NCBI RefSeq assembly: GCF_006345805.1
Contig: NC_043006.1
Span: 434,001-498,000 of the forward strand
DNA from: Octopus sinensis
Taxonomy: Eukaryota
Length of the DNA: 64,000 nucleotides
Direction: 5' to 3'
The position numbers and the translations under genes were made by a program. Position 1 is the stretch's first letter. Every line of letters starts with the position of its first letter. Below the pieces are notes generated by a model. That model saw only the letters and a list, made by a program, of their open reading frames with translations, was not told where the DNA came from and did not search any database. Positions 24,384-36,620 of this stretch are shown one piece after another.

Positions 24384-25384
24384 ATAAAAAATACAAAAAG
24401 GATTATTCTATTCTGTTGTGTCTGGGGAGGGTCATTCTCTTTTCGTGCCTTATTATTTAACACACTCACCAGTAAAATTTCCACTTATTTCTTATTTTTA
24501 TTTTCCTAAAATGTTTGTTGTGCCTTTGCACCCTTTTCGATAGTCTTGACTCTGTCCCTTATTTACACTGTGTTCCTTTTTGTTTGTTTGTACGCATGAG
24601 TGTGGGTCAGTGTGTGTACCTATGCATGCATGCCTCTACATATGTATGTGTGTATGTATGTATGTATGTATGCATGTGTGTGCATCTGTATGTATGTATC
24701 CTGCATATTAATGTGTTTGCATGTCTGTGTTTGTGTATTTTCTATGTATGTGTGTGTGTGAGCGTGTGTTTGTATATGTGTGCACCTCTGTCTCCTTGTG
24801 TGTGCATGTCTGTGTGTGTGTTATGCAACTATGTACCATGTTTGTATGTATGGATGTGCATCTCTATACGTGTGGGTCCGTGTCTCCATATGTGTCCTTA
24901 TGTGGAGTAAAGTGTGTGTGTGTGTGTGTGTATGGTCATGTGTTTCAGTCTCCATCATTTGCACATGTGTGGATGTCTGTCCTCATAACCTATCTACCTA
25001 TCCGTCTCTATGTTGATCTCTTTATTTTCATATCCATATGCTTACAAACAAAAAAAAAAAATGTGCATGCACACACCCACACACTCACACCCACACACAC
25101 ACACACCCACATACATACATTTATCTACCTAACGGTCCACTAACTATTCTACTCTACCTGTGTAAACTGTGGGTATGGAGGTATGGTATTTACTATGTAT
25201 ATTTCCTATTTAGTATTGGGGAGGTTTCATTTATAAGGACGTACTCCCATATTTGTCTGAGTGTTGGGTCTTTTTGGTGCTTGGATAAGATGCAGATGTC
25301 AAGCTGACCCAAGTTGCCTCCATGGTGGTCTTTGGCATGGTGGTAGAGTACGGAGGACTGTTTTTTGATTATTCTATACTCTTT

Positions 25385-25765
25385 TTACTCTCTTTTACTT
25401 GTTTCAGTCATTTGACTGCAGCCATGCTGGAGCACCGCTTTTAGTCGAGCAAATCGACCCCGGGACTTATTCTTATAAGTAAGCCCAGTACTTATTCTAT
25501 CGGGCTCTTTTTGCCAAACCGCTAAGTGATGGGGATGTAAACATACCAGCATCGGTTGTCAAGCAATGCTAGGGGGACAAACACACACACACACAAACAC
25601 AGACACATACACATATACATATATACCAAATCCACTCACAAGGCATTGGTCGGCCAGGGGCTATAGCAGAAGATGCTTGCCCAAGATGCCACGCAGTGGG
25701 ACTGAACCCGGAACCATGTGGCTGGTTAGTAAGCTACTTACCACACAGCCACTCCTGTGCCTATG
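25385..25765 (-). mobile_element. tRNA-derived SINE with internal (CA)/(TA) microsatellite
   Basis: Same family as 36621, 39860 and 58385. Confidence 0.8.
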
Positions 25766-25881
25766 TTTATTGTATTTTATGTTTATTGTATTTTAAGTAT
25801 GTTATTTCTTACTTTTGTTTCTCCTTTTTTTTTTATTTATTTATTGGATTTTTATTTTTGTTTTCCTTTATTCGTTTCTAG

Positions 25882-26123
25882 AATTAATCCAAACCATAAA
25901 TGAAATGATTATGTTGGGAATCAACCCGGCTGAAGTAGCTACGGCTGACAAGAAGTTGCTGGCAGTAATCAAGAATCACATGGAACACTCTGAGAAGATC
26001 CAGGCCCTCTATCTGGTGGACGGTTCTTCTATGTTGACAGCTTGCTCTAATCTTGGACTGGAATTGTGTCAGAAGTTTTTGCTGACTAACAACATTTTTA
26101 ATTCTTTCGAACTCAATGGAAAG
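25882..26123 (+). CDS. LRRK1: Coding exon A of an ankyrin/LRR (LRRK1-like) gene
   Basis: Acceptor TTTCTAG, donor AAG|GTAAAC. Reads LIQTINEMIMLGINPAEVATADKKLL..FELNGK. Its phase-0 end matches exon B. Assignment to the gene rests on strand and phase only. Confidence 0.6.
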
Positions 26124-26423
26124 GTAAACTAATTTTGGGATTATCTTCATTTTCATTGTTGTCATCTTTGTCACCACCACCACCACCCCAGTGCATCCCA
26201 GTTAGTCAACAAGAGGCTGGGTGCCCTAAGCTTTTTGGGTCAGAGATGACTTAAGAGTTAAACAATAACAACAACATCCTCAGCATGAACATTATCATAT
26301 GAGATAAATATTTATATATGTTTCTGAGTATGTGTACATTACATATATGTATGTGTGTGAGTGTTTATGTCATCGTCATCATTTAACATCTGTTGTCCAA
26401 GCTGGCATGGTTTGGACTATGTG

Positions 26424-26475
<52 letters not shown>

Positions 26476-28269
26476 TTCTTCATCACCTGAAGAAATGAAT
26501 ACATGAATGTTACGTACTGTACCATAATCATCCCAGGAATATGGAATATGATCATATGAAACATGTGATTTGTGGAAATGTGCATAGCACTGCATTAAAA
26601 TATTTAAAAATTCCATCCATGGATTATTATTATTATTATTATTATTAAACCTGGGACGAGGTGGTGAAGCATGACCTTCGAACTTTAGGTCTCACCGAGG
26701 AAATGACTAGAGACCGAGACCTTTGGAAGTATGCTGTGTGTGAGAAGACCCGGCAGGACAAGTGAGATCATAACCCGTGGCCTCTACATGGGATGTAGCC
26801 AGTCCACTAATGCATACCTTTCCTTCTTGGGACACAAAACTCTATTTGTGAAGACTGTTATATGTATGGAAGCAGTATTAAATTAAAACAGGTGCCTCTG
26901 TATCATACTTAAAATACCATAGTAAATGAAGGTAGCCAGCTCTGCTGGGTGTGCAATGGTAATCATCATCATCATACGTCCGTTTTCCGCTCTAGCACGG
27001 GTTGGACGGTTTGACCGGGGTCTGTGAAGCCAGGAGGCTGCACCAGGCTCCAGTCTGATCTGGCAGTGTTTCTACAGCTGGATGCCCTTCCTAACGCCAA
27101 CCACTCCGCGAGTGTAGTGGGTGCTTTTTACGTGCCAGGTGAGTCTGGCATCGGCCATGATCAGTTGGTGCTTTTAGTGAATGTATAATAAAGTTCAAGT
27201 CTATCGAGAGAAGAATTGTGTATAAGAGGCATCAGATGTAGTGTACATGAGAAAAGACTGTGTTGATATGGTCATAGGATGTGTTTGAGTGAGAACAGCT
27301 GCATAAAGAAGTTCCAGTTACTAAAAATGGATGGAACCTATAGAAGAGGGAGATGCAGGAAGACAAGGGATAAAGTAGTGAAGACTGACCTCAGGAGATC
27401 TCAAAGGACTGAAATGATTAGGGATTTGCTAGGCTTGAGAAGACCAGTCCATCTCGGTAAAAACATGAGGTTGTCAAAACCCATCATTTATGACTAGGCC
27501 TTTGTACTCAATCTGCCGCTGCCAGTTTTGTTTTCCTAACACACATTCGTTCATCACTCTTTTAATTACTGTTTACTCAGCTGCTGTAATTATATGAGAG
27601 CTGAACCACACATATTTCATCCCTGTTTTTGTGCTACCTGTCATCCCTCTCCTTGGTACCACTTCTTTTGTCACCCGTTCTGCTTTTGCAATATCATCCC
27701 TTACTCCTTTATTTTCCACTGCATCACACTTCCCCTTCAACACCCTCTCATCTCTGCTATCATTGACTGCACCGTTTTTCTTTGTCCCTCACTATATCTA
27801 CCCCTACTTACAACTGCCTTCTGTATCTCTTACTGTGCATCTCTCTCTCTCTCTCATTCCTCACCCACACACTTTGCATCATCTCCCTACTTCTCCTCTG
27901 TCTTTGGTTTTATTATGTTGTTGTTATCCACCCTTTATATACTGTCACTTATCACCTCCTCTTCCCTAACCACTGCTATTTCCTGCATCTTCCCCATCCC
28001 ACATTGAAATTCATAGCTGACCACACCTCCACCTCAGTTCACCATTCACTGCACCCATCTGCATCCCTATCACCACCCCATCACATTCTCATGAACCTAC
28101 CTATCCATCCATCCACTATCCACTGTCCCTACTCTCTCTTGTATCTACCTTGTGCCCTAAGAGTATGCTCTGACACCCCATCATCACCACCTTTTCTCCC
28201 TTTTCCAGCTGGTAGCCATGTACCTTTTCTATGGCAGATCACCTGCTCCTGTCTCTACCATAATTTTAG

Positions 28270-29020
28270 TTTCTCATCACCATGCACAAAGTCACTTTGT
28301 AGGATGTGTGCAGTGCCTAGTAGTGCAATTTTCTGTATGTTATATGTGTTATATGTTTGTAAGTCCTGGTGTTTTTGTTATGTATTTGTCTGAATATTTT
28401 TTTATCATGCCTAATGCACCTACTATGATAGGAATTGTTTCTGTTTTTAGATTCCACATTCTGGTTACCTCTATTTCCAGGTCTTTGTATTTTGAAAGTT
28501 TCTCCATTTCTTTTAGAGACACGTTGTCATCTGCTGGTATTGATACATCAATTAGAAAGCATTTTTTTTCTTCATGATCTCTGACAACTATATCTGGTCT
28601 GTTGGCCTTAATTTCTCTATCTGTGTGTATCGGCATATCCCAGAGTATGGTTGCTTTCTCGTTTTCTGTGACCTTTTCTGGTGTGTGCCTATACCATCTT
28701 TTTTCTATTGTTATTTTATAATATTGGCATAGCTTCCAGTGTATATAGGTCCCAACTCTGTCGTGTCTGTGAATATATTCCTTCTTAGCCAGGACTGGGC
28801 AGCCAGAGATAATGATTTATTGTTTCTTGTCCATCTCCACATATTCTGCTGTTACTTGTTATATTTCTTTTCATTACATGTTTTTGGTAATTTCTGGTGG
28901 GGAGGCTTTGGTCTTGTGCTGCAATTAAAAATCCCTCTGTTTCTGCTTTGAGTCCTGAGCTTCTCAACCATTGCTGGGATTTTTCTTTGTCTATTTCTTT
29001 TGCATTTAGTTTAGTCCAGT
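28270..29020 (-). mobile_element. R4/Dong-clade non-LTR fragment (zinc knuckle + restriction-like endonuclease)
   Basis: ETEGFLIAAQDQSL, RICG..ETINH, ANRPDIVVRD..LIDVSIP..EKLSKYKDL, IQKIALLGTAHIL. Bordered by (TTA)n at 29021-29038. Confidence 0.88.
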
Positions 29021-29201
29021 ATTATTATTATTATTATTCATCATCATTTAACGTCCGCTTTCCATGCTAGCATGGGTTGGACGGTTCAACTGGTGTCTGG
29101 GGAGCCCGAAGGCTGCACCAGGCCAGTCAGATCTGGCAGTGTTTCTATAGCTGGATGCCCTTCCTAACGCCAACCACTCCGAGAGTGTAGTGGGTGATTT
29201 T

Positions 29202-29640
29202 ATGTGCCACCGACACAGGTGCCAGACAAGGCTGGCAGACGACCACGCTCGGATGGTGTTTTTATGTGCCACCGATACAGGTGCCAGACGAGGCTGGGAG
29301 ACGGCCACGCTCGGATGGTGTTTTTATGTGCCACCGACACAGGTGCCAGACAAGGCTAGCAGACGACCACGCTCGGATGGTGTTTTTTATGTGCCACCGA
29401 CACAGGTGCCAGACGAGGCTGGCGAACGGCCACGCTCGGATGGTGTTTTTATGTGCCACCGACACAGGTGCCAGACGAGGCTGGCGAACGGCCACGCTCG
29501 GATGGTGTTTTTATGTGCCACCGACACAGGTGCCAGACAAGGCTAGCAGACGACCACGCTTGGATGGTGTTTTTTATGTGCCACCGACACAGGAGCCAGA
29601 TTAGGCTGGCGATCGACCACGATTGGATGGTGATTGTTAC
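29202..29640 (-). repeat. 62-63 bp tandem repeat, 7 units, in the RTE 3' UTR
   Basis: Unit starts at 29202, 29264, 29326, 29389, 29451, 29513 and 29576. Confidence 0.93.
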
Positions 29641-32600
29641 GTGCCCACAGCATGGAGGCCAGTCGGTGCGGTACTGGCTACGGCCACGTTCGGATGGTAT
29701 TCTTGTGTGCCACCGGCACTGGTACCACAAATTCCATTGATGTTCATCTATTTTGATTTTGTTTGATTTTCACTTGCCTCAACAGGTCTTCACAAGTGTC
29801 ACAAGAAGGAAGGTATGCACAGGTGGACTGACTACGTCCCAGGTAGGGGCCACGGGTTATGGCCTGACTAGTCTTGCCGGGTCTTCTCACGCACAGCATA
29901 CTTCCATAGGTCTCGGTCTCTAGTCATTTCCTTGGTGAGACCTAAAGTTCGTAGGTCGTGCCTCACCACTTCGTCCCAGGTTTTCCTGGGTCTACCTCTT
30001 CCACAGGTTCCCTCAACTGCTAGGGTGTAGCACTTTTGCACACAACTATCTTCAGCCATTCTCGTCATATGACCATACCAGCGCAGCCGTCTCTCTTGCA
30101 CACCACAACTGACACTTCTTAGGTTCAACTTTTCTCTCAAGGTACTTACACTCTGACGATTATGAACACTGACATTACACATCCATCGGAGCATACTGGC
30201 TTCATTTCTTGCGAGCTTACGCATGTCCTCAGCAGTCACGGCCCATGTTTCACTGCCATGTAGCATGGCTGTACGTACACATGCATCATAAAGTCTGCCT
30301 TTTACTCTGAGCGAGAGACCTTTTGTCACCAGCAGGGGTAAGAGCTCTCTAAACTTTTCCCAGGCTATTCTTACTCTAGCAGTTACACTTTCAGCACACC
30401 CACCCCCGCTACTAACTTGGTCTCCTAGGTAGCGGAAGCTATCAACTACTTCTAGTTTGTCTCCCTGGAACGTGGTAGAAGTTGGTCTCTGCACATTTCC
30501 AGTGTTTATTTCTCCTGAGCATCTGCCACATACGAAAACTATCTTCCCAGTTAGCCTACCTTTGACATTGCTGCACCTCTTATGTGTCCATAGCTTACAC
30601 TTGGTGCACCTTATAGAGTTTCTACCTACACCTTTTCTACAGATCGAGCAGGGCCATCTACCTGAAGTCGTTTGTGGTTGGTCCACCTTCCTACTTATTA
30701 GGACTTTGGTTTTGGCTAGGTTGATTCTAAGGCCCTTCGATTCTAATCCTTGTTTCCACACCTGAAACTTCTCCTCCAGTTCTGATAGTGACTCAGCAAT
30801 TAGGGCAAGGTCATCAGCATATAGGAGCTCCCAGGGGCATCCTGTCTTAAATTCTTCCGTTATTGCCTGGAGGACTATGATAAATAGGAGGGGGCTGAGG
30901 ACTGAACCTTGGTGGACCCCAACCTCTACCCGGAATTCTTCACTGTACTCGTTGCCAACCCTCACCTTACTAGCTGCGTCTCTGTACATGGCTCGCACAG
31001 CTCTCACTAACCATTCATCTATCCCTAGTTTCCTCATTGACCACCAGATAAGGGATCGGGGGACCCTGTCAAAGGCTTTCTCTAAGTCAACAAAAGCCAG
31101 GTACAAGGGCTTACCTTTGGCTAGGTATTCTCCTGCAGCTGTCTTACCAGGAATATAGCATCAGTAGTACTTTTCCCTGGCACGAACCCAAACTGCATAT
31201 CATCTAAGCTAACTCTCTCTCTAATTAACTGGGCTATAACCCTCTCCGTAACCTTCATTACCTGATCCAACAGCTTGATGCCCCTGTAGTTATTTGTATC
31301 TAGGGCATTGCCTTTACCTTTGTAGCAGTTGACTATTATGCTGCTACACCAGTCATTGGGTATGACTCCTTCGTGTATCACCTGGTTAACTATACGGGTG
31401 ACTATGCTATAGCCGACACTACCAGATATTTTGAGCATTCTGCAGTAATTCCTGATGGGCCTGGGGCTTTCCCTGTCTTCATGCTTCTAATTGCCTTAGC
31501 TACCACGGAACTATCAACTCGGATAGCTGGTCCCTCTGTTGGGTCAACATTCGGCAGACTCTCTTTATCCCATTCATTTTCCTCATTCAGCAACCTTCCA
31601 TAGTGGCGTCTCCAAGCTTCTCTCTTTGCATCCTCATTTAGCGCAAGTGAACCATCCTCCATGCGAACACATTTCTCTCCTACCACATCACGATTCTCTC
31701 TCACACACTGTCTTGCAACACGAAATACCTCAAGTCTTTCATCCTCACGGCGCAGGACATTGGCAAATTTTCTTTTATCTGCTTCCCCTCTGGCTAGATA
31801 GACCTGTCTCCTAGCTTCCCTTCTGGCAGTCTGATACACTTCCCTGCTACCACCGTTCTTCCAGGCCTTCCAAGCCTGTTTCTTTTGTCTAATAGCCCTG
31901 TCAACAATATTGTTCCACCACCACGTTATTTTGTGTCTTAAGGGGACTTTGCACCAGCCACAGATCTGGTCAGCGGCTTTCAGCAGGTTGTCCCTCAGAA
32001 ACGTCCAGTTGTCTTCTACCCCATGTGTAGCTATACCCCCTTCCACTTCGTCAAAGGCTTCAAGTAACATATCTCTAAGTCTCTGTCCATTCGCAGGGTC
32101 TTTAAGCTTCCAGACCCTTCTCCTCCATGTTGGTCGTCTTCTAGTCGCCCTCTTAGTCCTGATCCTAAAGTCACTAACTACCAGTCTATGTTGTGGGGTG
32201 CATTCTTCGCCTGGGAAGGTTTTGGCATTTATAAGCAGCCATCTTTCTTTTTTTCTGGCAAGGATGTAGTCGATTTGGCTAGTATGCCGGCCCGATCGGT
32301 AGGTGACCAGGTGGCTTGTTGGTTTCCTGAAGTTAGTGTTGCAGATCATAAGACTATTCGCATCGCAGAACTCCAGCAGCCTGGTTCCCTCCTCGTTTCG
32401 GGAACCATAACTGTAGCCTCCATGTACGCCATGGAAGCCCCCAGCATGTCGTCCAACATGCCCATTGAAATCACCAGCCACAAAGAGAAGGTCCCTGTCA
32501 TTCGTCAATGAGGTGGTCTGCAGTAGGGTGTCATAGAAACTGTATTTCTGTCCATCGGGTAGCCGATATAATGGTTGCTAATCTATTATGAAGCACTATT

Positions 32601-33123
32601 CTAATCTTAAGTATTCTGTCACTTACTCTGATTACCTCAATTACTCTATCTATCCATTTCTCAGCGATAAGTATACCCACGCCACCAACCCCGTCAGTGT
32701 TCCCTGCCCAGAAAATCTTGTACCTGTGTTCCTTGCCTGTGAGGAACCTAGCAGATCCTCCTCTCCACCTTATTTCTTGCATACAACATACATCAACACG
32801 TCTCCGTTCAAGCATCTCGACTATCTCGCCAGACCTACCTTTCAGTGTGCCAGCGTTGAGGGTGCCCACCCTGAGGGGGTGGAAGGTATTGACCCGAGAG
32901 GCCCAGGGACGGGGAGCAGTGGCGTCATGTACCTGAAAAGAAGAAAAAAACTCGCATTTGGCAGAATTCATAAGCAAAGCAATGAACTTAAGTTCAACCT
33001 GTTACAATACACTATCATGTTTTTGCGCCGTATGGTCACCACCATATATAGAAGGGGTGGTATTGGTTTAAAGCCTTTAGGTGTTCATGGAAGAAAAGCA
33101 AAGGAAGGCAAGGTGAGGTAAGG

Positions 33124-33160
33124 ACTTCCGGTACTGGTGGTGGGGGCGGGAGGGCGGGCG
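33124..33160 (-). promoter_or_regulatory. Candidate RTE promoter module: ETS + G4/GC boxes (second copy)
   Basis: ACTTCCGGTACTGGTGGTGGGGGCGGGAGGGCGGGCG. Confidence 0.55.
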
Positions 33161-33320
33161 CACTGCGCAGTGGGAGAAGACGAGATTTAGGCGGCAGTAA
33201 GAAAGGCAAGATTTGAGATGGAAAGGTTTGCGGTCGTGTGCATAAGTTTCTATGAGTGGAAGTTGGGAAAAGATGGGTTAGAGAATTAAGCGACAGAAAG
33301 ACCAGATTTGAGATGAGATG

Positions 33321-33354
<34 letters not shown>

Positions 33355-33411
33355 ATGCCCACAGGAATATGGCGTAGTGGTTAAACACATGGGCTACTAA
33401 CCCCAAGATGA

Positions 33412-33456
<45 letters not shown>

Positions 33457-33506
33457 CATCGAAAAATACCTTAGGAATGAGAACCCAGGTTTGAAATTTC
33501 CCCAAG

Positions 33507-33550
33507 ACACCTGAAGAAGGCTGGAGGATATATCAGCTGAAATGTTGTGT
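33507..33550 (+). ncRNA. Degenerate minimal hammerhead motif
   Basis: ACAC-CTGAAGA-A-GGCTG..CAGCT-GAAAT-GTT^GTGT. Stems I and II pair; GAAAC appears mutated to GAAAT. Confidence 0.5.
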
Positions 33551-33645
33551 TAACAACAAACAAATGAGGACAAATATTTGTTGAATGTAAATAATAAGGG
33601 TTAAAGTAAAATTTATATCCCAGAGGCTGTATGAGATAGACAAGT

Positions 33646-34022
33646 GGAGGTGCAATGGCCCAGTGGTTAGGGCAGCGGACTCGCGGTCATAGGATTGCGG
33701 TTTCAATTCCCAAACCGGGCGTTGTGAGTGTTTATTGAGTGAAAACACCTAAAGCTCCACGAGGCTCCGGCAGGGATGGTGGTGATCCCTGCTGTACTCT
33801 TTCACCACAACTTTCTCTCACTCTTACTTCCTGTTTCTGTTGTACCTGTATTTCAAAGGGCCGGCCTTGTCACTCTCTGTGTCACGCTGAATATCCCCGA
33901 GAACTACGTTAAGGGTACACGTGTCTGTGGAGTGCTCAGCCACTTACACGTTAATTTCACGAGCAGGCTGTTCCGTTGATTCAGATCAACCGGAACCCTC
34001 GTCGTCGTAACCGACGGAGTGC
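33646..34022 (+). mobile_element. tRNA-derived SINE, full length
   Basis: GGAGGTGCAATGGCCCAGTGGTTAGGGCAGCGGACTCGCGGTC..GGTTTCAATTCCC head. Related copies at 59490 and 62910. Confidence 0.8.
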
Positions 34023-34308
34023 TTCCATTCCATACATGAGATGGACAAAATATAAGATGTAGAGGAAGGCAAGAGTGAGGTATGGGGTGAGTGTTTGAGT
34101 GGTGGAAACAATAGTTTGGGAATAATAGAAAGTATATTTGAAGTATATTAATCTTTGTCCTTTGTTCATCCCATGTGAAGTGCATTTTCAAGCAAGCTGA
34201 TATCAGTAATAAAGACGCATAGTAAATTAAATTTAGATTTAAAGGACAACTCACCTACTTGACCCATGCACACTCACGCTCATACACACACACACATGTG
34301 TGTATGTA

Positions 34309-34359
<51 letters not shown>

Positions 34360-34361
<2 letters not shown>

Positions 34362-34638
34362 TCATCATCATCATCGTTTAACGTCCACTTTCCATGCTAG
34401 GATGGGTTGGACGATTTTGACTGAGGGCTGGCGAACCAGATGGCTGCACCGGACTCCAATCTTGATCTGGCAGAGTTTCTATATATATATATATATATAT
34501 ATGTACATAGATATGTATGTATATCAACCCATGCTAGCGCGGAAAGCGGACGTTAAACGATGATGATGATATATATATATGTGTGTATATATACCCCATG
34601 CTAGCATGGAAAGCGGACACTAAACGATGATGATGATG

Positions 34639-34677
<39 letters not shown>

Positions 34678-34960
34678 ATATCATCATCATCATCATCGTT
34701 TAACGTCCACTTTCCATGCTAGGATGGGTTGGACGATTTTGACTGAGGGCTGGCGAACCAGATGGCTGCACCGGACTCCAATCTTGATCTGGCAGAGTTT
34801 CTATATATAATATATATATATATATATGTACATAGATATGTATGTATATCAACCCATGCTAGCGCGGAAAGCGGACGTTAAACGATGATGATGATATATA
34901 TATATGTGTGTATATATACCCCATGCTAGCATGGAAAGCGGACACTAAACGATGATGATG

Positions 34961-34985
<25 letters not shown>
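34360..34985. repeat. 322-bp tandem duplication of a cluster of three ultra-short RTE 3' tails in (TA)n
   Basis: CATCGTTTAACGTCCAC recurs at offset 322. Each unit holds one minus tail and two plus tails. Confidence 0.85.
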
Positions 34986-34991
<6 letters not shown>

Positions 34992-35265
34992 TGAGCACAC
35001 ATACACATGATGTGTGTGTGTGTTAGTTTGTTGGGTGGCTTCCTTTATTTTAGGCATAAGGGAATGCCCTTGGTGTAACAATATCTAAAAGTAGGTCATA
35101 GCCAAATGACACAACTTACATCAGATCCCTTTTTTTGGAGTGACAGACATTGATGTTTCACTGTTGTTGTGAGTTCTCAGGGCCACATACCAAGCAACGG
35201 CTGATGTGAGTTTTCTCACTTGACTTTGACCTACTTTTGAAACCATTTTTACTATTATTATTAAA

Positions 35266-36200
35266 GGTGGCGAGCTGGCAGAATCGTTAGCATGCTGGGC
35301 GAAATGCTTATTTCGTCTGCCGTTATGTTCTGAGTTCAAATTCCGCCGAGGTTGACTTTACCTTTCATCCTTCCGGGGCCAATAAATTAAGTACCAGTTA
35401 TGCACTGGGGTCGATGTAGTCGACTTAATCCGTTTGTCTGTCCTTGTTTGTCCTCTCTGTGTTTAGCCCCTTGTGGGTAGTAAAGAAATAGGTATTTCGT
35501 CTGCCGTTATGTTCCGAGTTCAAATTCTGCCGAGGTTGACTTTACCTTTCATCCTTCCGGGGCCAATAAATTAAGTACCAGTTATGCACTGGGGTCGATG
35601 TAGTCGACTTAATCCGTTTGTCTGTCCTTGTTTGTCCTCTCTGTGTTTAGCCCCTTGTGGGTAGTAAAGAAATAGGTATTTCGTCTGCCGTTATGTTCTG
35701 AGTTCAAATTCCGCCGAGGTTGACTTTACCTTTCATCCTTCTGGGGCCAATAAATTAAGTACCAGTTATGCACTGGGGTCGATGTAGTCGACTTAATCCG
35801 TTTGTCTGTCCTTGTTTGTCCTCTCTGTGTTTAGCCCCTTGTGGGTAGTAAAGAAATAGGTATTTCGTCTGCCGTTATGTTCCGAGTTCAAATTCCGCCG
35901 AGGTTGACTTTGCCTTTCATCCTTTTGGGGTCGACTAAATAGGTACCAGTTACGCACTGGGCTCGATATAATCGACTTAATCCATCTGTCTGTCCTTGTT
36001 TGTCTCCTCTGTGTTTAGCCCCTTGCGGGTAGTAAACAAATAGGTATTTCACCCATCACCACATTCTGAGTTCAAATTCCACTGAGGTCAGCTTTGCCTT
36101 TCATCCTTTCAGGGTCAATAAATTAAGTACCAGTGAAATACTGGGGTTGATGTAATTGACTAAATCCCCTCCCCCAAGCTGCCCTTGTGGCAAAAATTTG
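35266..36200 (+). repeat. SINE head followed by five tandem 184-bp SINE-body units
   Basis: TTTC(G/A) unit starts at 35311, 35495, 35679, 35863 and 36047. Units 1-3 are near-identical; units 4-5 are more diverged. Confidence 0.9.
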
Positions 36201-36419
36201 AAATCATTATTATTATTATTAATGTGGGTTATACTTTAATTTAGATGAGTTGCTCCCAAATCTCAACCAGAGACATTGGGGACAATAAGGTTTTGCATCT
36301 GAAAATGCTAACAGGTGAGGATTCATGCAACTGAAAACATTATCTATAGGAGGGGGGAAAAAACAGAGCCTGAGGAAAGCTGCATTTACATTGAGAGGAA
36401 TTTATGTGGAATATGGTGA

Positions 36420-36617
36420 GGTACTCATTAGTATGATCTTCTGTAAGTTACATATTTTGGAACTGCCAGAGATTTGGTTTACATACCTGTCTGCACATTT
36501 TGATGTCATTTCAAGTGCCCCAATTATAATAGCTAATCTTGTTGTTTCAAGATGTCATATTGTTCTCATTTCAATCTCCAGGTCCTTATATTTGTTCAAT
36601 TTTTCAAATGCTACCAG
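36420..36617 (-). mobile_element. Degenerate R4/Dong fragment
   Basis: EKLNKYKDLEIEMRTI*HLETTRLAIIIGALEM. Confidence 0.65.
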
Positions 36618-36620
36618 AGA

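Larger units (their letters stand above)
29039..33300 (-). mobile_element. Second near-full-length RTE LINE, same family as 2621-6770
   Basis: ORFs 32531..32977, 31402..32508, 31121..31438 and 29868..31106 tile APE-RT with frameshifts. (GAT)n tail at 29039. The 5' boundary is uncertain. Confidence 0.95.

Noticed and set aside
26487-26520. CTGAAGA-A-ATG..CAT-GAAT, possible HHR
   Set aside because: GAAA is broken, and stem I and stem III do not pair.
3489-33121. Plus-strand ORFs overlapping the RTE copies, and minus-strand ORFs over CR1/BovB
   Set aside because: Antisense shadows of retroelement ORFs; similar between copies only because the elements are homologous.
29202-36200. 62-bp and 184-bp repeats as CRISPR-like arrays
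   Set aside because: Contiguous tandem units without unique spacers, no cas genes, eukaryotic context.
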